Source: Deltaproteobacteria bacterium
Lineage (GTDB): Bacteria > Myxococcota_A > Polyangia > DRWM01 > JAAZOP01
Direction of reading: 5' to 3'
Length of the DNA: 64,000 bases
Assembly (NCBI GenBank): GCA_016218765.1
Contig: JACRCZ010000085.1
Span: 871-64,870 of the forward strand
The notes under the pieces were generated by a model, which saw nothing but the letters and a program-made list of their open reading frames with translations, did not search any database and had not been told where the DNA came from. The position numbers and the translations under genes are program-made. Each line of letters opens with the position of its first letter. Position 1 is the stretch's first letter. Shown here piece after piece: positions 52,940-61,983 of this stretch.

Positions 52940-54571
52940 TCATCCCCCTCCTCCTCCCTCCATCCCCTTCCCCTCCACTCCCTGCCGCATGCGCGGGTCG
53001 ACGACGGCGTAGAGGATGTCCGAGAGGAGGAGGCCGAGCATGGTCAGGACGGCGGAGATCACGGAGACGGCGAGGATCCAGTTGTAGTCGCGCTGCCGGA
53101 TGGCCTCGAAGGTCTCCAGCCCCATCCCCTCGATGTTGAAGATGCGCTCGATCACGACGGAGCCTCCGATGAGATAGGGGATCTGGAGGCCGAGGAGCGT
53201 GACGATCGGGATGAGCGCGTTGCGCAGCGCGTGGCTCCAGATCACGCGCGACCGTGAGAGTCCCTTGGCGCGCGCGGTGCGGACGTAGTCCTGGCGGACG
53301 ACGTCGAGCATGGCGACGCGCTGGTAGCGCGAGAGTGCGGCGAGGGAGCCGTAGGTGAGGCAGAGGACGGGGAGCACCATGTGGTGTGCGGTGTCGGCGA
53401 TCTGCTTCCACCACGGCCAGAGCTGCCAGCCCTCGCTGTGCAGGCCGCGCAGCGGGAACCAGTCCAGGTGGCCCAGGCCGCAGAACCAGCGGATGGCGAG
53501 CATGGCGACCCAGAACGAGGGGAGGGAGTAGAGGACGAAGAGGCCGAGGCTGACGACGCGGTCGGAGCGGCGGCCGGCGCGCAGCGCGGAGAAGACGCCG
53601 AGCGGGACGGCGAGCAGGTAGGCCAGGACGGTGGCGGTGAGGGAGAGCAGCAGGGTCACGGGCAGCTTGCTCTTGATCTTCTCCAGCACGGGCCGGCCGT
53701 CGCGCGACGAGTCGCCGAAGTCGAGGGTGGCGAGGCGGGCGAGCCACTTGGCGAACTGCGTCTCCGTGACGGCGCCGACCAGGTGTTCCTCGTTGGAGAG
53801 CTGGGTGTACTCGAGGCGGTGGAGCCACCACCATTCCTGCCAGTCCTCCAGCACGCGGGCGCGGTCCTGGAGCTTCTGGGCGGGGTCGTAGACGACGTCG
53901 CGGCCGGTGGCCTCGGCCACGCGCTGGACGAGGCGCAGCGTATCGGCGTCCGGCGGCAGCTCTTCGAACATCGGGATGAGCTGACCCAGGGCGAAGGTGT
54001 CGAGACGTCGCAGCTCGGCCGCGGCGTGGGGGTTGTCGCGGTCGAGGAGGCCGAGAGCGAGGCGGCGGGCGCGTCCGGGCTTGAAGTCGAGGTGGTAGGC
54101 TTCCCAGAAATCGCGCCAGGCCTCGAGGGGCGGGCCGCCGCGGGCGAGATCCTCGGCGATGCCCATGCGTCGGGCGACGAGGTCGAGGCCTTCGAGGGCG
54201 ACGTCGCGGGCCGCGGGGGCGAGCGTCTCCAGGCGCGGCACGAGGAAGGGGAGTCCGGCGCCGCCGGCGCGCTCGATGGCGCGCACGTTGGCGGCGCGCC
54301 GGTCGGGGTCGGCCAGGGTGCCGAGCAGCGCCTGCATGCGCCGCGGCAGGTCGTTGATCTCGGTGTTGAGGAACATCGGCAGGTCGAGGAAGTACGAGCG
54401 GCGGAACGACTCGACGGCCTCGTCGGACAGCTCGCCGCGCGAGGTCTCGCCGGACATCTCGGCCTGGACGGGGTCCCCGGGGGCCAGGTGGACGAGGGCG
54501 AAGGTGACCAGGGCGATGCCCAGCAGGGCGGGGATCATGCGCCACAGGCGGCGCAGGACGAAACGGATCAC
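52940..54571 (-). CDS. ABC transporter permease (OppB/DppB type) with a large loop insertion
   Basis: GTG start overlaps the SBP stop (GTGA). N-terminal VIRFVLRRLWRMIPALLGIALVTFALVHLAPGDP. EAA region DYVRTARAKGLSRSRVIWSHALRNA. It is about 230 aa longer than typical OppB. Confidence 0.85.
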   Translation of the reverse strand: MIRFVLRRLWRMIPALLGIALVTFALVHLAPGDPVQAEMSGETSRGELSDEAVESFRRSYFLDLPMFLNTEINDLPRRMQALLGTLADPDRRAANVRAIERAGGAGLPFLVPRLETLAPAARDVALEGLDLVARRMGIAEDLARGGPPLEAWRDFWEAYHLDFKPGRARRLALGLLDRDNPHAAAELRRLDTFALGQLIPMFEELPPDADTLRLVQRVAEATGRDVVYDPAQKLQDRARVLEDWQEWWWLHRLEYTQLSNEEHLVGAVTETQFAKWLARLATLDFGDSSRDGRPVLEKIKSKLPVTLLLSLTATVLAYLLAVPLGVFSALRAGRRSDRVVSLGLFVLYSLPSFWVAMLAIRWFCGLGHLDWFPLRGLHSEGWQLWPWWKQIADTAHHMVLPVLCLTYGSLAALSRYQRVAMLDVVRQDYVRTARAKGLSRSRVIWSHALRNALIPIVTLLGLQIPYLIGGSVVIERIFNIEGMGLETFEAIRQRDYNWILAVSVISAVLTMLGLLLSDILYAVVDPRMRQGVEGKGMEGGGGG

Positions 54572-56301
54572 GGGCGGGCCTCCGTGCCGCCCGGCGCGGG
54601 GGGTGTCGTGGCGGCGTGCCAGCCCAGGGCGGGGAGGCGGAACCACTCGAGGGAGGGGCGGGCGCCGACGAGGCGGCGATCGACGAGGGAGACGAGGCGT
54701 GGGGAGAAGGTGAAGACGTAGGGCTGTTCGCGGGCGATTTCCCGCGCCAGCTCGCGGAACCGTGCGTTGCGCTCGTCCGGATCGAGCACGGCGCGGGCGT
54801 CCTGGAGGATGCGGTCCGCGAGGGGATTGGACCACCGGCCGTAGTTCTGGGCGCCCTCGGTGGCGAACAGGCCGTAGAAATCGTTCTCCCAGCGCAGGCT
54901 CCACATGCCCGCGGCGACGTCGAACTCGTGCTTGCGACAGCGCTCGGAGAAGACGGACCAGTCCAGGAGGGCGATGTCCATCTCGATGCCGGCCATGGCC
55001 AGGTCCTGCTGGACGATCGTGGCCATCTGCTGGATGGTCTTGGACTGCACGGCGACCAGGAGGGTGAAGCGGAAGGGCATGCCGCCGCGGTCGAGCAGGC
55101 CGTCGTCGTCGTGGTCGACCCAGCCGGCTTCGGCGAGGAGGGCGAGGGCGGCGCCGGGATCGTAGGGCAGGGGCTCGATCGACGGGTCGTGGGCCGGGTG
55201 GCCGTCGGGCCACGGCTGGGCGACGATGTGCGAGAGGCAGCGTTCGAGCGAGCAGAGGACGGCACCGCGGTCGACGAGCATGGTGGTGGCGCGGCGGACG
55301 CGCGGGTCGGTGAACGGGGCGCGCCGGGTGTTGTAGCCCAGGTAGGCGAAGTCGGGGGTGTCGAGAGTGACGGGGGCGAAGCGTGCGACCATGGTCGGGT
55401 CGGCGAGGTACTCCTCGACCTGATCCGGCGTGATCCGCGGCAGGAGGTCGATGTCTCCACGCCGGGCCATCTGGTATCCGATGGTGCGGTCGCGGACGAC
55501 GCGGAAGACGATCTCGTCGAGATGGGGGCGTCCGCCCCACCAGCGCTCGTGGCGCCGCAGCACGATCCGTTCCCCGGTGTCCCACCGCTCGAAACGGAAC
55601 GGTCCGCTGCCGACGGGGGCGCGGTTGGCCGGGTGCCGGTTGAGATCGCCCGTAGCGTAGACGTGCCGCGGGAGGATGGGGACGAAGCCGAGCGTCTCGA
55701 ACAGCAGGAAGTACGGGCGTTCGACGATCAGCTCGACCTCATGGTCCGCGGTGGCCTTGAGGGAGCGTACGACCTTGAGGTCCTCGCGCAGCGATTCGGC
55801 GGTGACGGACGGGTCGAAGAGGCGATCGAAGGTGAACTCCACGTCGTGGGCGGTGAGGGGGGTCCCGTCGTGGAAGAATACGTCGCGGCGCAGGTGGAAG
55901 ACGGTGCGCAGGCCGTCGGGCGAGGTCTCCCAGCTCGCGGCCAGCTCGGGGACGACCTCCAGGGTGCGCGGATCGGTGCGGACGAGGCTCTCGAAGATCT
56001 CGTGGCCGGTGATGCGGCGGATCCAGGCGTCGGAGCGGACGAGGGGCATGAGGTGGGGTGGTTCGGCTTCGAGGTGCACGACGAGCCGGCCGCCGTCCCG
56101 GGCGGGGCCGTCGTCCGCGACGCGGGCTTCGCGGGCCAGCGTATCCAGCTTTCCGGCCAGGGGGTGGCCGGAGCAGTCGCAGGGGCGTCCTTGCGGAATC
56201 CCGCCGCGCGTCCGCGCCTCGCCGCCGACGCAGCGGCAGCCCATGGCCGCGAGTGCGGCGGCGCAGCCGAGGGCGCCCAGGGCGATGGCCGACGCGCGCA
56301 T
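54568..56301 (-). CDS. ABC transporter substrate-binding protein, family 5 (peptide/nickel type)
   Basis: Signal MRASAIALGALGCAAALAAMGC. Conserved family-5 stretches (GHEIFESLV, FHDGTPLTAHDV, VGSGPFRFERW). Track ORF start trimmed. Confidence 0.85.
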   Translation of the reverse strand: MRASAIALGALGCAAALAAMGCRCVGGEARTRGGIPQGRPCDCSGHPLAGKLDTLAREARVADDGPARDGGRLVVHLEAEPPHLMPLVRSDAWIRRITGHEIFESLVRTDPRTLEVVPELAASWETSPDGLRTVFHLRRDVFFHDGTPLTAHDVEFTFDRLFDPSVTAESLREDLKVVRSLKATADHEVELIVERPYFLLFETLGFVPILPRHVYATGDLNRHPANRAPVGSGPFRFERWDTGERIVLRRHERWWGGRPHLDEIVFRVVRDRTIGYQMARRGDIDLLPRITPDQVEEYLADPTMVARFAPVTLDTPDFAYLGYNTRRAPFTDPRVRRATTMLVDRGAVLCSLERCLSHIVAQPWPDGHPAHDPSIEPLPYDPGAALALLAEAGWVDHDDDGLLDRGGMPFRFTLLVAVQSKTIQQMATIVQQDLAMAGIEMDIALLDWSVFSERCRKHEFDVAAGMWSLRWENDFYGLFATEGAQNYGRWSNPLADRILQDARAVLDPDERNARFRELAREIAREQPYVFTFSPRLVSLVDRRLVGARPSLEWFRLPALGWHAATTPPAPGGTEARP

Positions 56302-56458
56302 CGGCCGCACGCTACCGCGTCCCCCCCTGCCCTTCAACTTCGGGACGGCGGGTCGTCGGGGCGGTGGATGCCGTATTGCGTTCCGGCCTGCCTGTTTTGC
56401 ATCTTTCATTGCCCTCGGCGCCCGTGGTAGCCTCCCGCCGCACTGGGAGGAGCGGACG

Positions 56459-57853
56459 ATGCCAAAGGTCTTGGTGCTTGGAGTGCTGGCTGCCGGTTTG
56501 TGGGCCTGCAAGGGTTCGGACGGAACGGCCAAGATCGTGAAGACGACGTTCAACCCGCAGCTCGGCGCGGTGCCCGGGGATCTCCCGGACAAGCCGCCGC
56601 CGGAGAAGCTGGGCGACCAGTGGACGATCTACGGGTTGTGGGTGGTGACGCAGAGTCCCGACCGGCAGGCGGAGATCAAGGACGCGGAGATCACGGTCAA
56701 GGGTCACGTGGTCAACGTGACGAAGCCGGCGTCGGACGAGTTCGGCCAGAGCATGACGCCGCACGTCTGGATTGCCGACCAGGCGTCGCGCAAGGGCCTG
56801 TTCTTCCCGCTCACCGGGTACGCGGACAACTACGTGGCGCTGGAGGAAGCGGCGGCGTACGACCGCTGCATCGAGTCGTGCACGAAGTCGAAGGGCGACC
56901 CGCGGGCGGAGGCGGACCGCACGCCGGGGCGCTACAGCCGGATCTTCGGCGACTGCGTGGTCGACGTGCCGGAGTGCCGGGCGCTGTACGAGGAGAACCC
57001 GTCGGCGAACTTCTTCAAGCTCATGGGCCCCGTGCTCAAGTGGTACGTGCGCGACCAGGTGTTCGGCTCGCCCAAGCGGGTGGCGATCGAGGAGGAGCTG
57101 CGCGGCCAGGGCAACATCGTGTGCGAGGCGGGTCCGGCCCAGCGGCGGCTGCTCCTGACGGCGATCGCCGCCGTCACGCTCGGGCTCGATCTCGAGCAGT
57201 TCAAGAAGGACGTGGAGCAGGAGATCGAGGACAAGTATCCGCACCAGCGGGTCGACGATCTCGATCCGGAGATCGTGAAGGACATCACCAACGCGCACCT
57301 CAAGATCTTCGACGACCCGCAGAACGTGAAGAAGGCGATCGACCTGGTGCGGGCGTTGCGGGCGGGCACGGATACGGGCGAGGCGCTGCTGGGGGACCGC
57401 AAGATCGGGCCGGAGCTCAAGGCCGCGATCTCCAAGGGCGAGGGCTCGGACATCAAGAAGGTCGCGGACGAGATGCTGATGGACCTGCTCATCCGCTGGT
57501 TCTGGTCGAAGGCGGACGCCAAGAAGGACGCGAACATGGCGTGCGTGTTCGACGACCTGATCAACTTCACGTCGTCCTACAACCTGGCGCCGATGGACCT
57601 GCTCACGCGGCGGCGCGCGATGCTGGGACCCGCGGCGGGAGTGACCTGGGAGCAGGCGATGGAGAGCCAGCAGGCCTACGAGTTCCGGATCAAGTTCGTG
57701 TCGCAGAGCCGCACCGGATTCCTCGGCTGGACCATGGACCTGACGCCGAGCATGGTCTGCGAGATCAAGGAGAACTGCCCGGACTACCTCAACCCGGTCT
57801 TCGGCACGGTCTACGACTTCGGCTTCGCCGAGGCCGAGGGCTCCACACCCTGA
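56459..57853 (+). CDS. hypothetical lipoprotein (464 aa)
   Basis: GGGAGGAG SD. Lipobox VLAAGLWAC. Normal composition with Lys/Asp-rich helical regions. No family recognised. Confidence 0.65.
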   Translation: MPKVLVLGVLAAGLWACKGSDGTAKIVKTTFNPQLGAVPGDLPDKPPPEKLGDQWTIYGLWVVTQSPDRQAEIKDAEITVKGHVVNVTKPASDEFGQSMTPHVWIADQASRKGLFFPLTGYADNYVALEEAAAYDRCIESCTKSKGDPRAEADRTPGRYSRIFGDCVVDVPECRALYEENPSANFFKLMGPVLKWYVRDQVFGSPKRVAIEEELRGQGNIVCEAGPAQRRLLLTAIAAVTLGLDLEQFKKDVEQEIEDKYPHQRVDDLDPEIVKDITNAHLKIFDDPQNVKKAIDLVRALRAGTDTGEALLGDRKIGPELKAAISKGEGSDIKKVADEMLMDLLIRWFWSKADAKKDANMACVFDDLINFTSSYNLAPMDLLTRRRAMLGPAAGVTWEQAMESQQAYEFRIKFVSQSRTGFLGWTMDLTPSMVCEIKENCPDYLNPVFGTVYDFGFAEAEGSTP

Positions 57854-58011
57854 CCGTGGGGGCACCGCGCCGCGCCGCCCCGTCCCGCAAGCCCCGCACG
57901 CCCCGTTCGCGCCTGGGCCAGAACGTCGCGCTCGCCCCGCTGGACCCGCCGCCCCCCGCGCCGGTGGTCCGTGCCGCGCCGTCGCCGCCCTTCCCGCGCC
58001 GGGGGGGCGCG

Positions 58012-58866
58012 GTGGGCCGCGTGGCGCTGGAGCTGGCGCAACGCCTGCGGGCGGCGATCGACTCCGAGTTCGGGCGGCAGTACGAGCGCATCCTGACGGA
58101 GCTGGGGCCGGGCGACTTCGATCCCTTCGGTTTCGACCTGGGGTACGCCCGCTACGCCGTGCACTTCGCCGCGGCGCTCTATCGCCGCTGGTTCCGCTGC
58201 AAGGTCCGCGGGCTGGAGAACATCCCGCCCGGCCGCGCCCTCCTGGTCTCCAACCACTCCGGCCAGATCCCGATCGACGGGATGATGATCGCCACCGCGC
58301 TCATCCTCGACCACGAGCCCCCGCGCCTGGTCCGCTCGATGATCGAGAAATGGGCCGCGACGCTGCCGGTCGTGTCCACGTTCTTCGCCCGCTGCGGCCA
58401 GGTCGTCGGCATCCCGGAGAACTGCCGCATCCTGCTGGAGCGGGAGGAGCTGATCCTGGTCTTCCCCGAGGGCGCGCGCGGGATCTCCAAGACGATCGAC
58501 CGCGCGTACCAGCTCGAGGAGTTCGGCTCGGGATTCGTCCGCCTGGCGCTGGAGAACCGGGCGCCGATCGTCCCCGTGGCGGTCGTCGGCGCCGAGGAGC
58601 AGTACCCCTCGGTGCTCAACCTCCGGGCGCTGGCCGACGTCATCGGCGCGCCCGCGGTGCCCGTCAGCCCCCTGGTCCTCCTCGGCCCGCTGGGTCTCCT
58701 CCCGCTTCCGACGCGCTACCACATCGCCTTCGGGCGGCCGATCGTGCTGGGGGGCGAGGGCGACGAGGACGACGAGCAGGTGGCGGAGCACGTGCGCGTG
58801 GTGCGGGCGGCGATCCAGGACCTCCTCCGCCGCACTCTGGACGAGCGCAAGAGCATCTTCGGGTGA
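58012..58866 (+). CDS. lysophospholipid/glycerol-phosphate acyltransferase family protein (start uncertain)
   Basis: Carries LVSNHSGQIPIDG (NHx..D acyltransferase block I) and VFPEGARG (block III). No in-frame ATG is present. GTG candidates are 58012 and 57964. Confidence 0.7.
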   Translation: MGRVALELAQRLRAAIDSEFGRQYERILTELGPGDFDPFGFDLGYARYAVHFAAALYRRWFRCKVRGLENIPPGRALLVSNHSGQIPIDGMMIATALILDHEPPRLVRSMIEKWAATLPVVSTFFARCGQVVGIPENCRILLEREELILVFPEGARGISKTIDRAYQLEEFGSGFVRLALENRAPIVPVAVVGAEEQYPSVLNLRALADVIGAPAVPVSPLVLLGPLGLLPLPTRYHIAFGRPIVLGGEGDEDDEQVAEHVRVVRAAIQDLLRRTLDERKSIFG

Positions 58867-59025
58867 GTTGCCTCTCCCACGGCTGGGGCCGACGCGTCAG
58901 GTTCTTCCCGACCGGACAGGGGGAGTGGGGGAGGTCGGCGGGAGAGGTGGGGAGGGACAGGGGGCAGCGGGCACGGCGCGCGAGGTGGACGCGGCGCGGT
59001 TCTCCGTCGTAGTCTCGGGCCTGCC

Positions 59026-60009
59026 ATGGCGACGGGGGCCAGCATCAGGACCAGGACCACGAAGAGCGGAGCGCGGGCGGCCGAGCGTTCCGTCATCCTG
59101 ACGGGGGTCTGCGGCCGGCTGGGCCGGCTGCTCTTGCGGCAGCTCCACCGCGAGGGGCGGGTGGTGGGCATCGACCGGCGCGACTTCCCCGACGCTCCGC
59201 CCGACCTCATGCACTACCGCCTCGACATCCGTCGCAAGGCGTGTCGCGACGTGTTCCGGCGCGAGCCGGCGCAGGCGGTGGTGCACCTGGGGGTGATGCA
59301 CGACCCGCGGATCTCGGCGGAGACGCGGCACACGTGGAACGTGGAGGGCTTCGGACGGGTCCTGGAGTACGTCGCGGCGATGCGGATCCCGAAGCTGGTG
59401 CTGTTGTCGAGCGCGGCGGTGTACGGGGCGCGGCCGGACAACGCGCAGTTCCTGCTGGAGGACGCGCCGCTGCTGGCTTCGGGGCGCGTCTCCGACATCC
59501 GGGACCTGGTCGAGCTGGACATGCTGGCGCAGACGTTCTTCTGGCGGGTGCCGGAGTGCGAGACCGTGATCCTGCGGCCGTCGTTCATCGTGGGCGAGGT
59601 GCACAACGAGATCTACAGCTACTTCCGGCTGCCGATCACGCCGCGGCTCCTGGGCTTCGATCCGATGATGCAGTTCGTGCACGAGGCGGACGTGGTGCAG
59701 GCGTTGCGGCAGGCGCTGCGGCCCGGGGTGCGCGGGATCTACAACATCGGCGGGCCGGGGGTGCTGCCGCTGTCGCAGGTCATCGCGCGCGTGGGCCGTC
59801 CGGCGGCTCCCGTGCCGCACGTCCTGGCGCGCGGGCTGCTGGACCGCCTGTGGCGTCTGGGCTTCACGGACTTCCCGGGTCGCGAGATCGACTACCTGCG
59901 CTACGTCTGCATGGTCGATGACCGCCGAGCACGCCGCGAGCTGGGCTACGCGCCCCGGAAGTCGCTCGACGAGACCGTGGCGTCGATCCGCGAGGCGTTC
60001 GGGGAGTAG
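59026..60009 (+). CDS. NAD-dependent epimerase/dehydratase (SDR family)
   Basis: Rossmann motif LTGVCGRLGRLL. SSAAVYG. Typical extended-SDR length. Confidence 0.8.
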   Translation: MATGASIRTRTTKSGARAAERSVILTGVCGRLGRLLLRQLHREGRVVGIDRRDFPDAPPDLMHYRLDIRRKACRDVFRREPAQAVVHLGVMHDPRISAETRHTWNVEGFGRVLEYVAAMRIPKLVLLSSAAVYGARPDNAQFLLEDAPLLASGRVSDIRDLVELDMLAQTFFWRVPECETVILRPSFIVGEVHNEIYSYFRLPITPRLLGFDPMMQFVHEADVVQALRQALRPGVRGIYNIGGPGVLPLSQVIARVGRPAAPVPHVLARGLLDRLWRLGFTDFPGREIDYLRYVCMVDDRRARRELGYAPRKSLDETVASIREAFGE

Positions 60010-60095
60010 GGGAGGGTTCGCCGCCGCGCGGCGAATCCTCCCGGCATACCGTCGTGACCGACGGCGGGCGGAGTCGCGCCGAGGCGACCCCGCCC

Positions 60096-61163
60096 CTACC
60101 CGGACAGCGCGAGCTTCCCCGCCAGCATGCCGCAGGCGGCATCGATGTCGGCGCCGCCCGAGAGGCGGCGGGTGAACGGCATGCCCACGCGGCGGAAGGC
60201 CTCGATGAACACGTCGGACTCCGCCTTGGTCGGCGGGCGGAACGGGTGGTGCGGGCCGGGCGCGACATCGATCAGGCTGAGGCGGTAGGGCACGTCCGTC
60301 AGCCACCGCGCCAGGGCCCGGACCTCGTCCTCGCCCGTGTTGTAGCCGCCCAGCATCGTCATCGCGATCATCTGCCGTTCGCCCTGCGCGGCGTGCACGG
60401 CCCGCACGGCATCCGCCAGCTCGGGCAACGGCCAGAGGCGGGAGACGGGCATGAGGTGCGCGCGCCGCTCGGGATCCGCCGAGCCCAGGCTCACGGCCAG
60501 CCGGAACCGGCGCCGTTCGCCGGCGAAGCGACGCATGGCCGGAACGACCCCCACGGTGCCGATGGTGATGGCCTTGGCCTGGGCGGCGCCGACGGCAGGG
60601 TGGCTGGCGATTTCCGCCGCCGCCATCACCTCGTCGTAGTTGTCCAAGGGCTCGCCCATCCCCAGGAAGACGACCGCGCGCACGGGACCCGGCGCCACGG
60701 CCACGCCCTGCACGATCTGGTCGACGATCTCCCAGGCCGAGAGGTCCCGCGGACGCGGCATCCGCGCCGTGGCACAGACCAGGCACCCGCGGCGACACCC
60801 GACCTGCGAGGAGACGCAGACGGAGAACCGGCCCTGCGTGACCGGGATGAGCACGCTCTCCAGGATCCGGCCGTCGCCGGTCTCGTACGCCAGCTTGTGG
60901 AAGGGGTAGACGCTCGACACCCGCTTCTCGACCAGGCGCAGCCGCGGCAACGGCCAGGGCACGGCGTCCACGACTCGTCGGGGCATGCGCGCCAGTCCGT
61001 CCGGCGTGACGCGGCCGAGCTTGACGACGTGGGCCAGGAGCCGCGCGGCGTGCTCCGCCCGTCCTCCCAGGCGCTCCACCTCCCGCTCCAGGGCCGACGG
61101 GGACAGGGAGCGCGGGTCGAGGCCCTCCGGGCTTCGCCCCGTTCCCTCGTCATCGGTGTCCAT
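60096..61163 (-). CDS. rlmN: RlmN/Cfr-family radical SAM rRNA/tRNA methyltransferase
   Basis: SVCVSSQVGCRRGCLVC (Cys plus CxxxCxxC), GMGEPL and the C-terminal GGADIDAACGML mechanistic Cys. The start codon lies inside a decamer repeat. Confidence 0.85.
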   Translation of the reverse strand: MDTDDEGTGRSPEGLDPRSLSPSALEREVERLGGRAEHAARLLAHVVKLGRVTPDGLARMPRRVVDAVPWPLPRLRLVEKRVSSVYPFHKLAYETGDGRILESVLIPVTQGRFSVCVSSQVGCRRGCLVCATARMPRPRDLSAWEIVDQIVQGVAVAPGPVRAVVFLGMGEPLDNYDEVMAAAEIASHPAVGAAQAKAITIGTVGVVPAMRRFAGERRRFRLAVSLGSADPERRAHLMPVSRLWPLPELADAVRAVHAAQGERQMIAMTMLGGYNTGEDEVRALARWLTDVPYRLSLIDVAPGPHHPFRPPTKAESDVFIEAFRRVGMPFTRRLSGGADIDAACGMLAGKLALSG

Positions 61164-61190
61164 CGGTGTCCATCGGTGGTTTCCTCTTCC
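61151..61190 (-). repeat. inverted copy of the decamer repeat element (ACCGATGGAC x2-3 plus GGAAGAGGAAAC)
   Basis: Minus strand reads GGAAGAGGAAACCACCGATGGACACCGATGGACACCGATG, the same element as 19405-19548. It lies at a divergent gene junction. Confidence 0.8.
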
Positions 61191-61288
61191 GGCTCGCGGC
61201 CGCCGTCGCGCGGCCCGCGGCGGAGGATAGCCGCTTTGACGCCTTTGGCGAAAGCGGGCAGACTCGCGGGTCCGGGAGGGACGCGGCG

Positions 61289-61933
61289 GTGAGCCGGATC
61301 GTACAGCGCGTGATCGTCCTCGGGCTCGCGGCGCTCGGCGCCGGGTGTCCTCCGGCGCCCGTCGTGCCGGACGGCGGGTCCGCCGTGCCTGTCCCGGCCG
61401 GCGGCGGGGGACCGGGGCTCGGGGAGGAGGCGGACGCCGTCTGGGAGGAGATCGAGGCGCTGTGGGAGGAGACGGGGGGGTACCGTGCCTTCGAGGTGCC
61501 GGAGGGGACGTTGGCGCGGACGCGCGGGCGGATCACTGGGCTGCTGGTGCGATTCGGGACGATCGACCGCGTGGCCGGCGAGGCGCCGGCGCTGGTGGAG
61601 CTGGTGAGCATCGAGTTCGACGAGCGGCTGGAGCTGCCGCCGGAGGGGGCGGTCTGCGTCACGGAGGACGGGGCGCGGACGGCGGCGGGCCGGGCGTACG
61701 AGCGGCTGGCGGAGCGGGTGGAGACGGTGGAGGCGCTGGCGCGGGCGGGGTACGAGAATCCATGGCTGCGGGAGCACGTCCTGTCGCGGATGGCCGAGGA
61801 CGTGCGGGCGGTGCGGGCGGCGATGGCGTCGGGGGACGGCTGGCGGTTGGAGGACGAGGCGGTGCGGGCGGTGGCGCCTGCGGTGGTGGAGGCGGTGCTG
61901 GCGCGGGTGGAGGCGGTGCTGGCGGGGCGGTAG
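61289..61933 (+). CDS. hypothetical lipoprotein
   Basis: GTG start with GGGAGGG SD 8 nt upstream. Lipobox LGLAALGAGC. Acidic helical mature part. Confidence 0.55.
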   Translation: MSRIVQRVIVLGLAALGAGCPPAPVVPDGGSAVPVPAGGGGPGLGEEADAVWEEIEALWEETGGYRAFEVPEGTLARTRGRITGLLVRFGTIDRVAGEAPALVELVSIEFDERLELPPEGAVCVTEDGARTAAGRAYERLAERVETVEALARAGYENPWLREHVLSRMAEDVRAVRAAMASGDGWRLEDEAVRAVAPAVVEAVLARVEAVLAGR

Positions 61934-61983
61934 GCGTGGGCAGCGCGGGCGGGCGGGATCCGCCGGCGTCGAGGTCATGGGGC

